In this document: piece by piece, positions 1 through 7,642 of the stretch
Position numbering within the stretch: the stretch's first letter is position 1
How the letters are laid out: every line of letters starts with the position of its first letter
DNA from: a bacterium
GTDB lineage: Bacteria; SM23-31
NCBI GenBank assembly: GCA_028278455.1
Contig: JANQEH010000296.1
Coordinates: forward strand, 1-11,601
Reading direction: 5' to 3'
DNA length: 11,601 bases
The notes under the pieces: model-generated
Database searches by the model: none
What the model saw: the letters and a program-made list of their open reading frames with translations, nothing else
What the model was told of the DNA's origin: nothing
Translations under genes and position numbers: made by a program

Positions 1-535
1 CATCAGCGCAGTTGCATTTGTTCAAACCGCCTATACCGATCAATGGCCTCTTAATGCTGCTCTTCACCATCCTGATCCCTTCAAGTCCAAGAGCGGGAGC
101 GGTATCGGATTTAGTTGGAGTAGGGAAGACAGGACTTACACTGATATAATCAGCGCCTCCAATATCAGCATTAACAGCATCTTCGACAGATTCTACCGAT
201 ACTCCGATGATCATACGCTCATTTACGATCTCTTTTGCCAGGTGAAGCGGAATATCTGTCTGCCCTATATGGACACCGTCGGCCTCTACAGCTAATGCAA
301 CATCTATCCTGTCGTTTATTATCAATGGAACATTATTTTCACTAAGGAAGTTCTTTATTTTCATTGCCTCTTCGATGAATCCTCCGGTAGCCAGTTCTTT
401 TTCACGAAGCTGTACCACAGTAACTCCGCCACTGACAGCTGCTTCGACTATTTCAACAGTACTCCTGCCGCATGAGAGCCCTCTATCAGTAACAAGATAA
501 AGCGAATAGTCTATATTATCAATCTTTTTTCTCAT
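1..535 (-). CDS. thiE: Thiamine-phosphate synthase (ThiE), N-terminal about 178 aa; the C-terminus runs off the window start
   Basis: Reverse-strand translation from the ATG at 535..533 gives MRKKIDNIDYSLYLVTDRGLSCGRSTVEIVEAAVSGGVTVVQLREK... and later ...VSPVFPTPTKSDT..., which are hallmark ThiE motifs (LYLVTD, VQLREK, PTxTK). The start overlaps the thiM stop in an ATGA arrangement at 532..535. The frame stays open to position 1. Confidence 0.8.
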   Translation of the reverse strand, partial: MRKKIDNIDYSLYLVTDRGLSCGRSTVEIVEAAVSGGVTVVQLREKELATGGFIEEAMKIKNFLSENNVPLIINDRIDVALAVEADGVHIGQTDIPLHLAKEIVNERMIIGVSVESVEDAVNADIGGADYISVSPVFPTPTKSDTAPALGLEGIRMVKSSIKRPLIGIGGLNKCNCAD

Positions 536-1338
536 TCAGTTTCAATATGGCATTCTTTTTCAAGCATTTCAGGTGTTATCTCGTACATTGCATCGAGCAT
601 ACCGATCATAAAACTGCCCGGCGCTGTCGCTTTCTCAGCCGCTTTTTCGCCAGCCAGCCCCATATACGCAAGTGCAGTAGCTGTGGCTGAGACAGGATCG
701 TTATCAACAGCAAGAAAAGCGCCTATCACTGTTGTGGCTGTACAGCCTGTACCGGTAACGCACCCCATAAGCTCATGACCGTTGCTAATCCTGTATTTCT
801 TCTGACCGTCGGTCACAAGGTCGACAGGCCCGGTAATAGCGAGAGTCGTATTAAGCTCTTTCGCAAGGGCAGAGGCCGTTTCTGTGGCTTCATCAACCGA
901 GTGAATGGAATCCACACCTTTTGTAACAGAGTTCTCATCTCTCAGAGATAAGATTTCTGAGGCATTTCCGCGGATTACTGTGGTTTTCGTACAGCTGATG
1001 ATCTTTTTAGCAGACTGTGTTCTCAAATCTGTCGCACCCGATCCTACAGGATCGAGTATAATAGGTGTCCCGAGTTCTGTCGCTTTCTTTCCCGCAATTA
1101 TCATCGAGTCAATCCATTCATCAGTTAGAGTTCCGATGTTCAGTACAAGAGCGCCCGCAAATGATACCATATCCTCAACTTCATTTGGAGCATGTGCCAT
1201 TACAGGGGAGGCTCCCATTGCGAGAAGTGCATTCGCCGTGTAGTTCATCACAACGAAATTAGTGATATTATGTATAAGCGGTTTCTTCTCCCGGATAATA
1301 TTCAGGTTAGCTGCCGCTTTTTCATGGATACTGCTCAT
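532..1338 (-). CDS. thiM: Hydroxyethylthiazole kinase (ThiM)
   Basis: The 268-aa ORF has a typical ThiM sequence (VVMNYTANALLAMGASPVMAH..., GTGCTATTVIGAFLAV). A strong SD, GGAGGAAAC-ATG, lies upstream on the minus strand at 1339..1350. It is tightly linked to thiC upstream and thiE downstream. Confidence 0.9.
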   Translation of the reverse strand: MSSIHEKAAANLNIIREKKPLIHNITNFVVMNYTANALLAMGASPVMAHAPNEVEDMVSFAGALVLNIGTLTDEWIDSMIIAGKKATELGTPIILDPVGSGATDLRTQSAKKIISCTKTTVIRGNASEILSLRDENSVTKGVDSIHSVDEATETASALAKELNTTLAITGPVDLVTDGQKKYRISNGHELMGCVTGTGCTATTVIGAFLAVDNDPVSATATALAYMGLAGEKAAEKATAPGSFMIGMLDAMYEITPEMLEKECHIETE

Positions 1339-1374
1339 GTTTCCTCCAAACTTATTTTCAGTTTCTACTTTATC

Positions 1375-2649
1375 TTACATAGTAATATTATGCAGATCAA
1401 CGGCACAGAGTTTTCCGCACATAGTGCAGACATTGCTGTCAGTGCTCTCACTCAGTTCTCTTCTCTGCTTTGCCATTACCGGATCGAGAGCATACCTGAA
1501 CATCCCGTCCCAGTCAAGTTTCTTCCTTGCTTTAGACATTTCGAGGCTCTGCTCTTTAGCGCCTCCGACACCCTTAACGATGTCACCGGAATGAGCAGCT
1601 ATCCTTGTACCCATAACACCCATGAAGATATCTTCCGGGGAGGGCAGACATAGATGCTCTGCAGGAGTTACCACGCAAAGGAAATCGGCTCCGGATGCAG
1701 CCGCTATGGCTCCTCCGATAGCGCCGGAAATATGGTCGTAACCGGGTGCGCAGTCGGTAGTCAGCGGGCCGAGAACATAGAATGGGGCTTCATCGCAGAT
1801 CCTCTGCTGGAGCTTCATATTGGTCTCCACCTGGTCTAGCGGAACATGTCCCGGACCCTCTACCATGACCTGGACTCCTCTTTCCCTGGCCCTTTTGGTA
1901 AGTTCTCCGATCACGATAAGTTCCTCGATCTGAGCCTGGTCTGTAGCATCAGCCAACGCTCCGGGACGAAGACCGTCACCCAGGCTGAGGGTTACATCAT
2001 GCTTAAAGCAGATCTTTAATAGGCGGTTATATTCACTGTAAAGGGGATTTTCCTTTTTGTTTTTGTGCATCCATGCCGCAAGAAGCGATCCGCCCCGGCT
2101 GACGATCCCGCCGATGCGCTGGTCTTTCCCTGCGAATGACACACTCCTTCTGGTGACACCGCAGTGGACTGTAATAAAATCCACACCTTCTTCACACTGC
2201 CGTTCGATCTCCTCGAAGATCATATCAGGTGTCATGCCGGTTACGTCCTTATCCTGTTTGGTGAGTTCGGTAGCAACACCGTAGATCGGGACCGTTCCGA
2301 CCATCAGTTCGGAATTCTCGATGATAGCGCTTCGCATTTCCTTGAGATTCCCTCCGGTAGAGAGATCCATCACACTGTCCGCACCGGCATCATGTGCGGC
2401 TTTAAGCTTCTCAAGCTCATGCTCCACCTTGCAGTGATCGACCGACGAACCGAGATTTGCATTGATCTTCGTACGTAATTTCTTACCGATACCGAGGGGC
2501 GTAAAATTCCGGGACCGGTTTTTCGGGATCACCACACGTCCATCAGCAATTAGGCTCCGGAGAACTTCCGGATCGAGGCCTTCATTCTTTGCGACGGTTT
2601 TCATTTCTTCGGTGATCACACCTTCTTTTGCTGCGCTAAGTTGTGTCAT
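1375..2649 (-). CDS. thiC: Phosphomethylpyrimidine synthase (ThiC, radical SAM HMP-P synthase)
   Basis: The 424-aa ORF matches ThiC along its whole length (..VMDLSTGG.., ..CGVT.., C-terminal CTMCGKLCA Fe-S motif). An SD of type aaagg lies about 8 nt before the ATG. A TPP riboswitch precedes it. Confidence 0.95.
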   Translation of the reverse strand: MTQLSAAKEGVITEEMKTVAKNEGLDPEVLRSLIADGRVVIPKNRSRNFTPLGIGKKLRTKINANLGSSVDHCKVEHELEKLKAAHDAGADSVMDLSTGGNLKEMRSAIIENSELMVGTVPIYGVATELTKQDKDVTGMTPDMIFEEIERQCEEGVDFITVHCGVTRRSVSFAGKDQRIGGIVSRGGSLLAAWMHKNKKENPLYSEYNRLLKICFKHDVTLSLGDGLRPGALADATDQAQIEELIVIGELTKRARERGVQVMVEGPGHVPLDQVETNMKLQQRICDEAPFYVLGPLTTDCAPGYDHISGAIGGAIAAASGADFLCVVTPAEHLCLPSPEDIFMGVMGTRIAAHSGDIVKGVGGAKEQSLEMSKARKKLDWDGMFRYALDPVMAKQRRELSESTDSNVCTMCGKLCAVDLHNITM

Positions 2650-2665
2650 AAGATAAACCTTTCAT

Positions 2666-2692
2666 AAATAAAAAATACCGCTCCCTGCGCGG
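2666..2692 (-). terminator. Candidate riboswitch expression platform: a short GC hairpin (CCGC-GCAGGGA-GCGG) followed by UAUUUUUAUUU on the minus-strand transcript
   Basis: Seen directly in the sequence. It lies between the TPP aptamer and the thiC SD/ATG, which is the position expected for a TPP-dependent attenuator. The stem is only 4-5 bp, so its function is uncertain. SD sequestering is an alternative. Confidence 0.3.
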
Positions 2693-2747
2693 AAACGGCA
2701 CATATATGATACATTATGTGTTTACGAGAATACCAGGAATACTAGCT

Positions 2748-2832
2748 GCTCGAGTGCTGTTTCCCTACGCTGGCATTAACCAGTTCAGGTTCTAAGGGTA
2801 TGATCTCAGGCATTAAAACCACCCCTAACTCA
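2748..2832 (-). promoter_or_regulatory. TPP (THI-box) riboswitch aptamer in the thiC leader
   Basis: The minus-strand RNA reads AGGGGUGG..UGCCUGAGAUCAUACCCUUAGAACCUGAACUGGUUAAUGCCAGCGUAGGGAA. This matches the conserved THI-element cores (GGGGUGC, CUGAGA, ACCCUU-GAACCUGAUCUGGUUAAUACCAGCGUAGGGAA) almost nucleotide for nucleotide. It is positioned 5-prime of thiC. Confidence 0.85.
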
Positions 2833-2902
2833 AATAAAATGTAACCAAAATAAGTTCCTATTTCAATAGAAATTATAATCAACTTCCTATATTTTGCATG
2901 TT

Positions 2903-2930
2903 ATTATACAGAAAAACCTTTCAATAACAA
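2903..2930 (-). promoter_or_regulatory. Candidate sigma70 promoter for the riboswitch-thiCME transcript (TTGTTA-16-TATAAT on the minus strand)
   Basis: -35 at 2930..2925 and -10 at 2908..2903 read on the minus strand. It lies about 70 nt upstream of the aptamer. There is an alternative, weaker TATAAT at 2879..2874. Confidence 0.3.
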
Positions 2931-3040
2931 CAATATGTAAAAAAGCCTTGCTATGAAACGGAACTTTTATTATCTTTTTTGCGTATATCAAAATGATAGC
3001 ACTTTTATATCATTGTAATATAACATAGGGAGAACAGAAA

Positions 3041-3214
3041 ATGACATCAAAGAAAAACCTTCCAAAGTCCGGTTACTGGGGATTAATAGGACTGGTTATT
3101 GTTGTCCTCGTATTCAGCATTTCTACTGCAGTGTACGGCAGAATAGAGTTAGGCAGTGAGATATATACTGCGGCATTTTACATGTTGTTTAATATTATTG
3201 TATCCATTATCTAA
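3041..3214 (+). CDS. Small single-pass membrane protein (57 aa), a probable partner of the SPFH protein
   Basis: ATG at 3041 preceded by GGGAGAAC. The product is [34 protein letters not shown]..., with one clear hydrophobic helix. The stop lies 26 nt before the SPFH gene's SD (AGGAGA). It is not in the ORF track, which has a 60-aa cutoff. Confidence 0.5.
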   Translation: MTSKKNLPKSGYWGLIGLVIVVLVFSISTAVYGRIELGSEIYTAAFYMLFNIIVSII

Positions 3215-3240
3215 CCAATTCTAAAACAGGAGACACGAAA

Positions 3241-4143
3241 ATGATTAAAGAAAACCTGAAATCACAATACAGTGGCTGGGGATTCCTCTTCTTGTTCCTG
3301 GCGCTTGCCGGCTTGAGCATCTACGGCATAGTACAGGGCGGTTTGATGATCTATAATTACGAAGACTTGGGTATTTATGTATTGATCGGTAGCATTGTCA
3401 GCCTGATTTTTTTTGTATTCATGTTAACAGGGCTTTTTACTGTTGAGCCTAATGAAGCGCGGGTCTTGATTCTTTTCGGAAAATACGTCGGAACAGAAAA
3501 AACTACCGGTTTCCGCTGGGCAAATCCCCTGCTATCCAAAAAGAGGATATCTCTCAGAGCAAGAAATTTTGACGGTGAGAAGCTGAAAGTCAATGACAAG
3601 AAAGGTAATCCAATCGAGATCAGTGCCGTAGTGGTTTGGCGGGTACAGGATACAGCCCAGGCAGTTTTCGAAGTAGACAATTATATCGACTACGTCCGTG
3701 TACAGTCTGAATCGGCTTTGAGACATCTTGCCACTAGTTATCCATACGATCTTTCTGGTGAAGATGATGAAGATGTGAAAGACGAGCTGAGCCTGAGATC
3801 ATCTCTCGATGAAGTTAATGAAGGATTACAGAAAGAGATACAGGCCAGGGTACAGTCAGCCGGTGTATTTGTCGAAGAAACCAGGATCAACCATCTTGCT
3901 TATGCACCGGAGATCGCACAGGCAATGCTTCAGAGACAGCAGGCAGAGGCAATAATCGCAGCAAGGAAGAAGATCGTTGACGGCGCTGTCAGTATGGTTG
4001 AGATGGCGCTGACGAAGCTGAAAGAGAATGAGATTATGGAACTGGATGAAGAACGTAAGGCCAACATGGTAAGCAACCTTCTTGTGGTTCTGTGTGGTGA
4101 TAAATCAGCAAATCCGATAATCAATACAGGTTCGTTATACTAA
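3241..4143 (+). CDS. SPFH/band-7 (stomatin/prohibitin-like) membrane protein
   Basis: The 300-aa ORF has two N-terminal TM helices, then an SPFH-like core ([16 protein letters not shown]...[11 protein letters not shown]...), then a coiled-coil-like C-terminus ([14 protein letters not shown]). The SD AGGAGA lies 8 nt upstream. Confidence 0.8.
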   Translation: MIKENLKSQYSGWGFLFLFLALAGLSIYGIVQGGLMIYNYEDLGIYVLIGSIVSLIFFVFMLTGLFTVEPNEARVLILFGKYVGTEKTTGFRWANPLLSKKRISLRARNFDGEKLKVNDKKGNPIEISAVVVWRVQDTAQAVFEVDNYIDYVRVQSESALRHLATSYPYDLSGEDDEDVKDELSLRSSLDEVNEGLQKEIQARVQSAGVFVEETRINHLAYAPEIAQAMLQRQQAEAIIAARKKIVDGAVSMVEMALTKLKENEIMELDEERKANMVSNLLVVLCGDKSANPIINTGSLY

Positions 4144-4152
4144 GACAACTGT

Positions 4153-4326
4153 ATGGCACAAAAAAAATCAATACTGCTGCGCGTTGATCCCAAGCTGTGG
4201 GCGAGCCTAAACAGATGGGCGAAGGATGAACTGCGCAGCCTGAACGGGCAGATAGAATACATACTTCGGGAATCTGTCAGGAAACGGGAAAAAAGAAAAG
4301 CAGATCCCGAAGATGATATTATTTGA
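4153..4326 (+). CDS. Arc/MetJ-type ribbon-helix-helix DNA-binding protein (57 aa)
   Basis: The translation is MAQKKSILLRVDPKLWASLNRWAKDELRSLNGQIEYILRESVRKREKRKADPEDDII. The pattern K-S-I-L-L-R-hydrophobic...RS-L-N-G-Q-I-E-Y-I-L-R is the canonical RHH beta-strand plus two helices. It starts 10 nt after the SPFH stop. Confidence 0.65.
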   Translation: MAQKKSILLRVDPKLWASLNRWAKDELRSLNGQIEYILRESVRKREKRKADPEDDII

Positions 4327-4425
4327 CCAGTTTTTATTAATGAGTTTAAGCAAAAGTTGAAAGACTACTATACGCAGGAACTTGATTTATCAGGTTCTTT
4401 TCATTAATGTCGTAATTAAAATCCC

Positions 4426-4455
4426 AGTGTAGTAATTTTACTACACTTTCTTCAT
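4426..4455 (+). terminator. Perfect inverted repeat AGTGTAGTAA-tt-TTACTACACT followed by a T-rich run; likely the operon terminator (or an operator)
   Basis: A 10-nt perfect inverted repeat at 4426..4435 and 4438..4447 is followed by TTCTTCATTTCC. It lies about 100 nt after the RHH gene. The stem is AT-rich, so terminator strength is uncertain. Confidence 0.4.
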
Positions 4456-4533
4456 TTCCATAACCTTTCCGGGCGCAAACTCAACCTAAAAGCTCATTTT
4501 ACTCAATTGGCACATTGATTGCAATTAATTATT

Positions 4534-4563
4534 TTGAATTCTTGAATACAATCTTTGTACAAT
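4534..4563 (+). promoter_or_regulatory. Candidate sigma70 promoter (TTGAAT-18-TACAAT) for the lipoprotein gene
   Basis: The hexamers sit about 35 nt upstream of the ATG at 4598. The SD AGGAAA lies at 4590..4595. Confidence 0.3.
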
Positions 4564-4597
4564 TAAACAGGTCATGTAAAATAAATCAGGCAGGAAA

Positions 4598-5161
4598 ATG
4601 AAAAAAATACTTATCATCTCGATACTGATTTTTATAAACTGTACTTCATCAATACATCTGCAGCCGCATCTTGGGCACCACAGATCCGCAAAAACGATCG
4701 ATTCCGATGCAGGAATATACATTCCACCGGAAGACCTTACTTTTGCGCATGAGAAATTCAATTTTCTGATCGGGGGCAACATCAGGGTGCCTCTCGGAAC
4801 TCCGCTCAAAGAGCTCTCCCAGGAAGCATTTGCACCATTTTATAACAGGGTATACTATATTGGAAAAAAGGATTACAGTGCAGCGGAGAGTATTATAGAA
4901 TTGAATATAGTTGAATTCCGTGTAACTGAGGGACTGGATTCACATCTAATTCTCAAGTGTGAAATATCGGAGAACAATAATGTGATTTTTTCGGACGTGT
5001 TTAAGGGCAGTGGTAAAGGTAATGCTGCCGCTGGCTTCCTGGATGACAAAAGATATGCTGAAGACCAGATCAGGAAATCGGCTGAAGATGCTTTCATTGA
5101 AGCTTTTTCAAATTTACAGACAGCATTCACGGAATACCTGAACGAAAACAGGACCGATTGA
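4598..5161 (+). CDS. Putative lipoprotein of unknown function (187 aa)
   Basis: The N-terminus MKKILIISILIFINC-TSS is a signal peptide with a Cys at +15, i.e. a lipobox-like FINC. The SD AGGAAA lies 3-8 nt upstream. The rest of the protein is hydrophilic. Confidence 0.65.
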   Translation: MKKILIISILIFINCTSSIHLQPHLGHHRSAKTIDSDAGIYIPPEDLTFAHEKFNFLIGGNIRVPLGTPLKELSQEAFAPFYNRVYYIGKKDYSAAESIIELNIVEFRVTEGLDSHLILKCEISENNNVIFSDVFKGSGKGNAAAGFLDDKRYAEDQIRKSAEDAFIEAFSNLQTAFTEYLNENRTD

Positions 5162-5332
5162 ATCCTGGTCTTGAGGAATATAATAAGATAAAAAATCGTT
5201 TTCGGTGAAGTAATACCCGCCTGGTAGAATACTGTACAATTCTCCGAGATTTCCCGGCTTCGATCGAATGACATTTTACTGCCAGTATTACTCTGCAATA
5301 CCCGCATCAAAAACAATTTCAGTTGAAAATTG

Positions 5333-5361
5333 TTGACTTTTGAGAAAAAGTGCACTAAAAT
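5333..5361 (+). promoter_or_regulatory. Near-consensus sigma70 promoter (TTGACT-17-TAAAAT) for the MBL-fold gene
   Basis: -35 at 5333..5338 and -10 at 5356..5361 with a 17-nt spacer. They lie 34 nt upstream of the ATG at 5395. The SD AGGAAAAGA precedes the ATG. Confidence 0.5.
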
Positions 5362-5394
5362 TCAGTATCTTGTCGATCGATCCTCAGGAAAAGA

Positions 5395-6054
5395 ATGAAA
5401 ATATACATCACCTTTAATAATGAAGCCCTTCCGGATTTCAAGGCCGGGTGGGGTTTTTCATGCCTGATAACCGGGGGTGAAAAGAATGTTCTTTTCGATA
5501 CCGGATGCGAGGGACGGGCCCTGATCTACAATATCGAGAAGTTCGGTTTTACAGTCTATAATATAGATGTGATCGTACTTTCGCATCACCACTGGGACCA
5601 TACCGGAGGATTATTCGATCTTCTAACTCTTAATAATAACATTGAAGTTTTTATCCACAGTACATTCTCCATTAATTTCGCCAACGAGATAAAAAAGAAA
5701 GCTCTGTTGAGAATCTCTGACGAAAGTAAGAAGATCCTGGATAATATATTCACAACCGGAGTTTTAAAAGCAGATCCTGATGAACAGTCACTTCTGATGA
5801 CAACAGATTCCGGTGTAACTGTACTATCGGGATGTTCTCACCCTGGTGTTGACAGGATACTTGATGTCGGAAAGACCTTTGGTAATATCTATGCAATAAT
5901 CGGCGGTTTCCATGGTTTCGCAGACCTGGAAATCCTGAAGGATATACCAATAATAGGAGCCTGTCACTGTTCACAGTATATAGATGATATAAAAATGCTC
6001 TACCCGGACAGCTACAGGGAGATAAGGGCAGGGGATATAATCGAGATCGCCTGA
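5395..6054 (+). CDS. Metallo-beta-lactamase-fold hydrolase (219 aa)
   Basis: It carries the HxHxDH-type metal motif (VLSHHHWDHTGG) and later conserved His/Asp/Cys positions (SGCSHPG, GGFHGF). The size is typical of small MBL-fold enzymes. Confidence 0.8.
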   Translation: MKIYITFNNEALPDFKAGWGFSCLITGGEKNVLFDTGCEGRALIYNIEKFGFTVYNIDVIVLSHHHWDHTGGLFDLLTLNNNIEVFIHSTFSINFANEIKKKALLRISDESKKILDNIFTTGVLKADPDEQSLLMTTDSGVTVLSGCSHPGVDRILDVGKTFGNIYAIIGGFHGFADLEILKDIPIIGACHCSQYIDDIKMLYPDSYREIRAGDIIEIA

Positions 6055-6125
6055 TGTGATTGACTATCTATCAATACCAATTTCTTCTTTACAGTTAAAT
6101 TTCCGGAATTTTTGTAACTTATAGG

Positions 6126-6134
6126 TGTTATAAT
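6126..6134 (+). promoter_or_regulatory. Extended -10 promoter element TGtTATAAT upstream of the TlpA-like gene
   Basis: A perfect TGnTATAAT sits 42 nt upstream of the ATG at 6176. No good -35 is present, which is consistent with an extended -10 promoter. The SD GGAG lies at 6163..6166. Confidence 0.4.
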
Positions 6135-6175
6135 CATCAAAAGTAAAAGAGCAATTATTAACCGGAGAATAAATC

Positions 6176-6688
6176 ATGCAAAATTATAAAAAAAATATAA
6201 TAACTGCAATGGCAGTGATAGCGATCAGCCTCGGAGCCTTCATGAACCTTGGTAGTCAGGAGAACGTCCCCCAAAATCTCAATTTTAAATTAACCGATAT
6301 TTACGGAGAGAAATTCGACATGGGAACCCTCCAGGGTAAGGTCCTTATAATAGATTTCTGGGATACCTGGTGCCCGCCATGCCGCGACAGCATACCCGAG
6401 TTCATAGAGCTGAAGGAGAAATATTCAGATAAGGAATTCGAGATAGTCGGCATAGCTTTAGGAAGGGAAGGCAGGGAGAGTGTAAAGAAATTCTCGATAG
6501 ATAATAAAATTAACTACAAGGTCCTTATTGCTGATCCGAATACAAATCCGTCACTTTACCGGACATACAAGGACATCCGATATATACCAACTGCATTTGT
6601 TTTAGATAAGCAGGGTAACATTGTAAAAAGACTGCAAGGCTATGTACCCGGTGAAGAGTTTGAGAAACTTATAAAGGAACTTTTTTAA
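6176..6688 (+). CDS. Secreted TlpA/ResA-family thiol:disulfide oxidoreductase (thioredoxin fold, WCPPC)
   Basis: It has an N-terminal signal/anchor (ITAMAVIAISLGAFMNLGS), the FWDTWCPPC active-site motif and a thioredoxin-like layout. It is 170 aa. Confidence 0.85.
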   Translation: MQNYKKNIITAMAVIAISLGAFMNLGSQENVPQNLNFKLTDIYGEKFDMGTLQGKVLIIDFWDTWCPPCRDSIPEFIELKEKYSDKEFEIVGIALGREGRESVKKFSIDNKINYKVLIADPNTNPSLYRTYKDIRYIPTAFVLDKQGNIVKRLQGYVPGEEFEKLIKELF

Positions 6689-6690
6689 AT

Positions 6691-6894
6691 ATGAATAAGA
6701 TCGATGCAGAGATAATGGTCGAAGATCTCGTTGAGGAATTTCCAAAGGCAGCAGGCTATTTGATGGAGGAGGGGATAGTCTGTATCCAGTGCGGAGAACC
6801 GGTCTGGGGAACATTGAGAGAGGCAATAGAAAGGAAGGGGATCCCTGATATTGAGGGGATCGTCAGCAGGTTAAATTCCAAATTGATGTCCTGA
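6691..6894 (+). CDS. Small CxxC redox protein, DUF1858-like (hybrid-cluster-protein-associated redox disulfide domain), 67 aa
   Basis: The segment MVEDLVEEFPKAAGYLMEEGIVCIQCGEPVWGTLREAIERKGI matches the small DUF1858 fold pattern (hydrophobic-x-E-hydrophobic-hydrophobic-x-x-x-P, a CxxC pair, then A-I/A-x-x-x-G-I). The start codon lies 2 nt after the TlpA stop, so the two are probably translationally coupled. Confidence 0.6.
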   Translation: MNKIDAEIMVEDLVEEFPKAAGYLMEEGIVCIQCGEPVWGTLREAIERKGIPDIEGIVSRLNSKLMS

Positions 6895-6896
6895 AC

Positions 6897-7421
6897 CTAA
6901 TTCCTTCTGTTAAACATTCCAAGAATTACTCCAAGCACTACTGACCATAAAGCAGCAAGACCGATCTGGTATGGTTTCGGCAGTGAAAATGTTATCGTCT
7001 GAGCAGGTATCCAGAACCAGAGTAAAGATAAAAGCCCTTTATCAATCATCTTCCAGTTTGACTTACCCGCAATTGCGTTGTCAAGCAGACGGTGCATAAT
7101 AACCAGGAAAGGCCCGAATTGCAGGTTCATCGAGGTGGAAACTGCGAATGCCCTGACTATTTTATTCATCTCCGGAAGCAGGTTATGCTCAATAAGGCTG
7201 TCTACAAATCCCTGAAAACCTGTGAATGCATACTTGATACATACGGCGAGAAAAGCCCATTCGAGCATTATCAGGAACATAGTCTTGAAAGTAACAGGAA
7301 AAAATATTTTCTTGTTGACGATCCATTTCGAGATGAAATCTCCAAGTGTGCCTAGTATGGCGAACTGGATCATAGCTGAAGTTATCGGGTGAGCTGTTAC
7401 AATTTCAACATACCATTCCAT
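6897..7421 (-). CDS. Integral membrane protein of unknown function (174 aa, about 4-5 TM helices)
   Basis: It has hydrophobic helices throughout (AMIQFAILGTLGDFI, FLIMLEWAFLAVCIKYAF, GLAALWSVVLGVILGMF). An AGGAT SD-like element precedes the ATG on the minus strand. It is convergent with the DUF1858 gene, with a 2-nt gap. Confidence 0.55.
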   Translation of the reverse strand: MEWYVEIVTAHPITSAMIQFAILGTLGDFISKWIVNKKIFFPVTFKTMFLIMLEWAFLAVCIKYAFTGFQGFVDSLIEHNLLPEMNKIVRAFAVSTSMNLQFGPFLVIMHRLLDNAIAGKSNWKMIDKGLLSLLWFWIPAQTITFSLPKPYQIGLAALWSVVLGVILGMFNRRN

Positions 7422-7468
7422 GTTTTATCCTGATATTTTTGATTATCCGGGAACAAATACCTATAATT

Positions 7469-7497
7469 TGCAGTGAGTTACTTCTTATTGTAAAAAT
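7469..7497 (+). promoter_or_regulatory. Candidate promoter (TTGCAG-17-TAAAAA) at the start of a structured noncoding stretch
   Basis: The hexamers have a 17-nt spacer. Two hairpin plus T-run structures lie downstream on the same strand (7520..7550 and 7581..7642). This is a weak call. Confidence 0.2.
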
Positions 7498-7580
7498 ATC
7501 GTTCAAGGTTTTTCTTTCGGATTTTGTATAGACCAAAATCTTTATTTCTCTTCCGTTGTTTCCGCGAAAGCTGGAATCCA

Positions 7581-7642
7581 GAAAAGCTATTGCAATGAGA
7601 GACACTTGATTCCCGCCTTTGTGGGAACGACGAGCTTTTTTT
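7581..7642 (+). terminator. Structured element ending in a T7 run (candidate intrinsic terminator or sRNA 3-prime end)
   Basis: AAAAGCT at 7582..7588 can pair with AGCTTTT at 7633..7639. This encloses an inner hairpin TTCCC-gcctttgt-GGGAA at 7610..7627. A TTTTTTT run at 7636..7642 follows. No plus-strand CDS lies upstream, so the transcript source is unknown. Confidence 0.25.

Noticed and set aside
905-2656. Plus-strand ORFs (905..1243, 1065..1262, 1192..1653, 1262..1594, 1654..1839, 2057..2284, 2164..2478, 2462..2656) antisense to thiM and thiC
   Set aside because: All lie inside well-supported minus-strand thi genes. Their translations are low-complexity (S/P/L/R-rich) with no motifs or RBS. 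They are typical shadow ORFs.
3375-4124. Minus-strand ORFs 3375..3680, 3532..3726 and 3930..4124 inside the SPFH gene
   Set aside because: They are shadow ORFs within a confidently called SPFH CDS, and their protein sequences look nonsensical.
4525-5355. Minus-strand ORFs 4525..4809 (94 aa) and 4873..5355 (160 aa) overlapping the lipoprotein gene
   Set aside because: The translations are low-complexity, with no RBS. The plus-strand lipoprotein ORF has a signal peptide, an SD and a promoter. So these are taken as antisense artefacts.
7092-7355. 87-aa plus-strand ORF inside the membrane protein gene
   Set aside because: It is antisense to a hydrophobic multi-TM CDS, and it has no RBS.
7405-7605. 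66-aa minus-strand ORF in the long intergenic spacer
   Set aside because: It overlaps the start of the membrane protein gene on the same strand in another frame. It has no SD, and its composition is consistent with AT-rich noncoding DNA.
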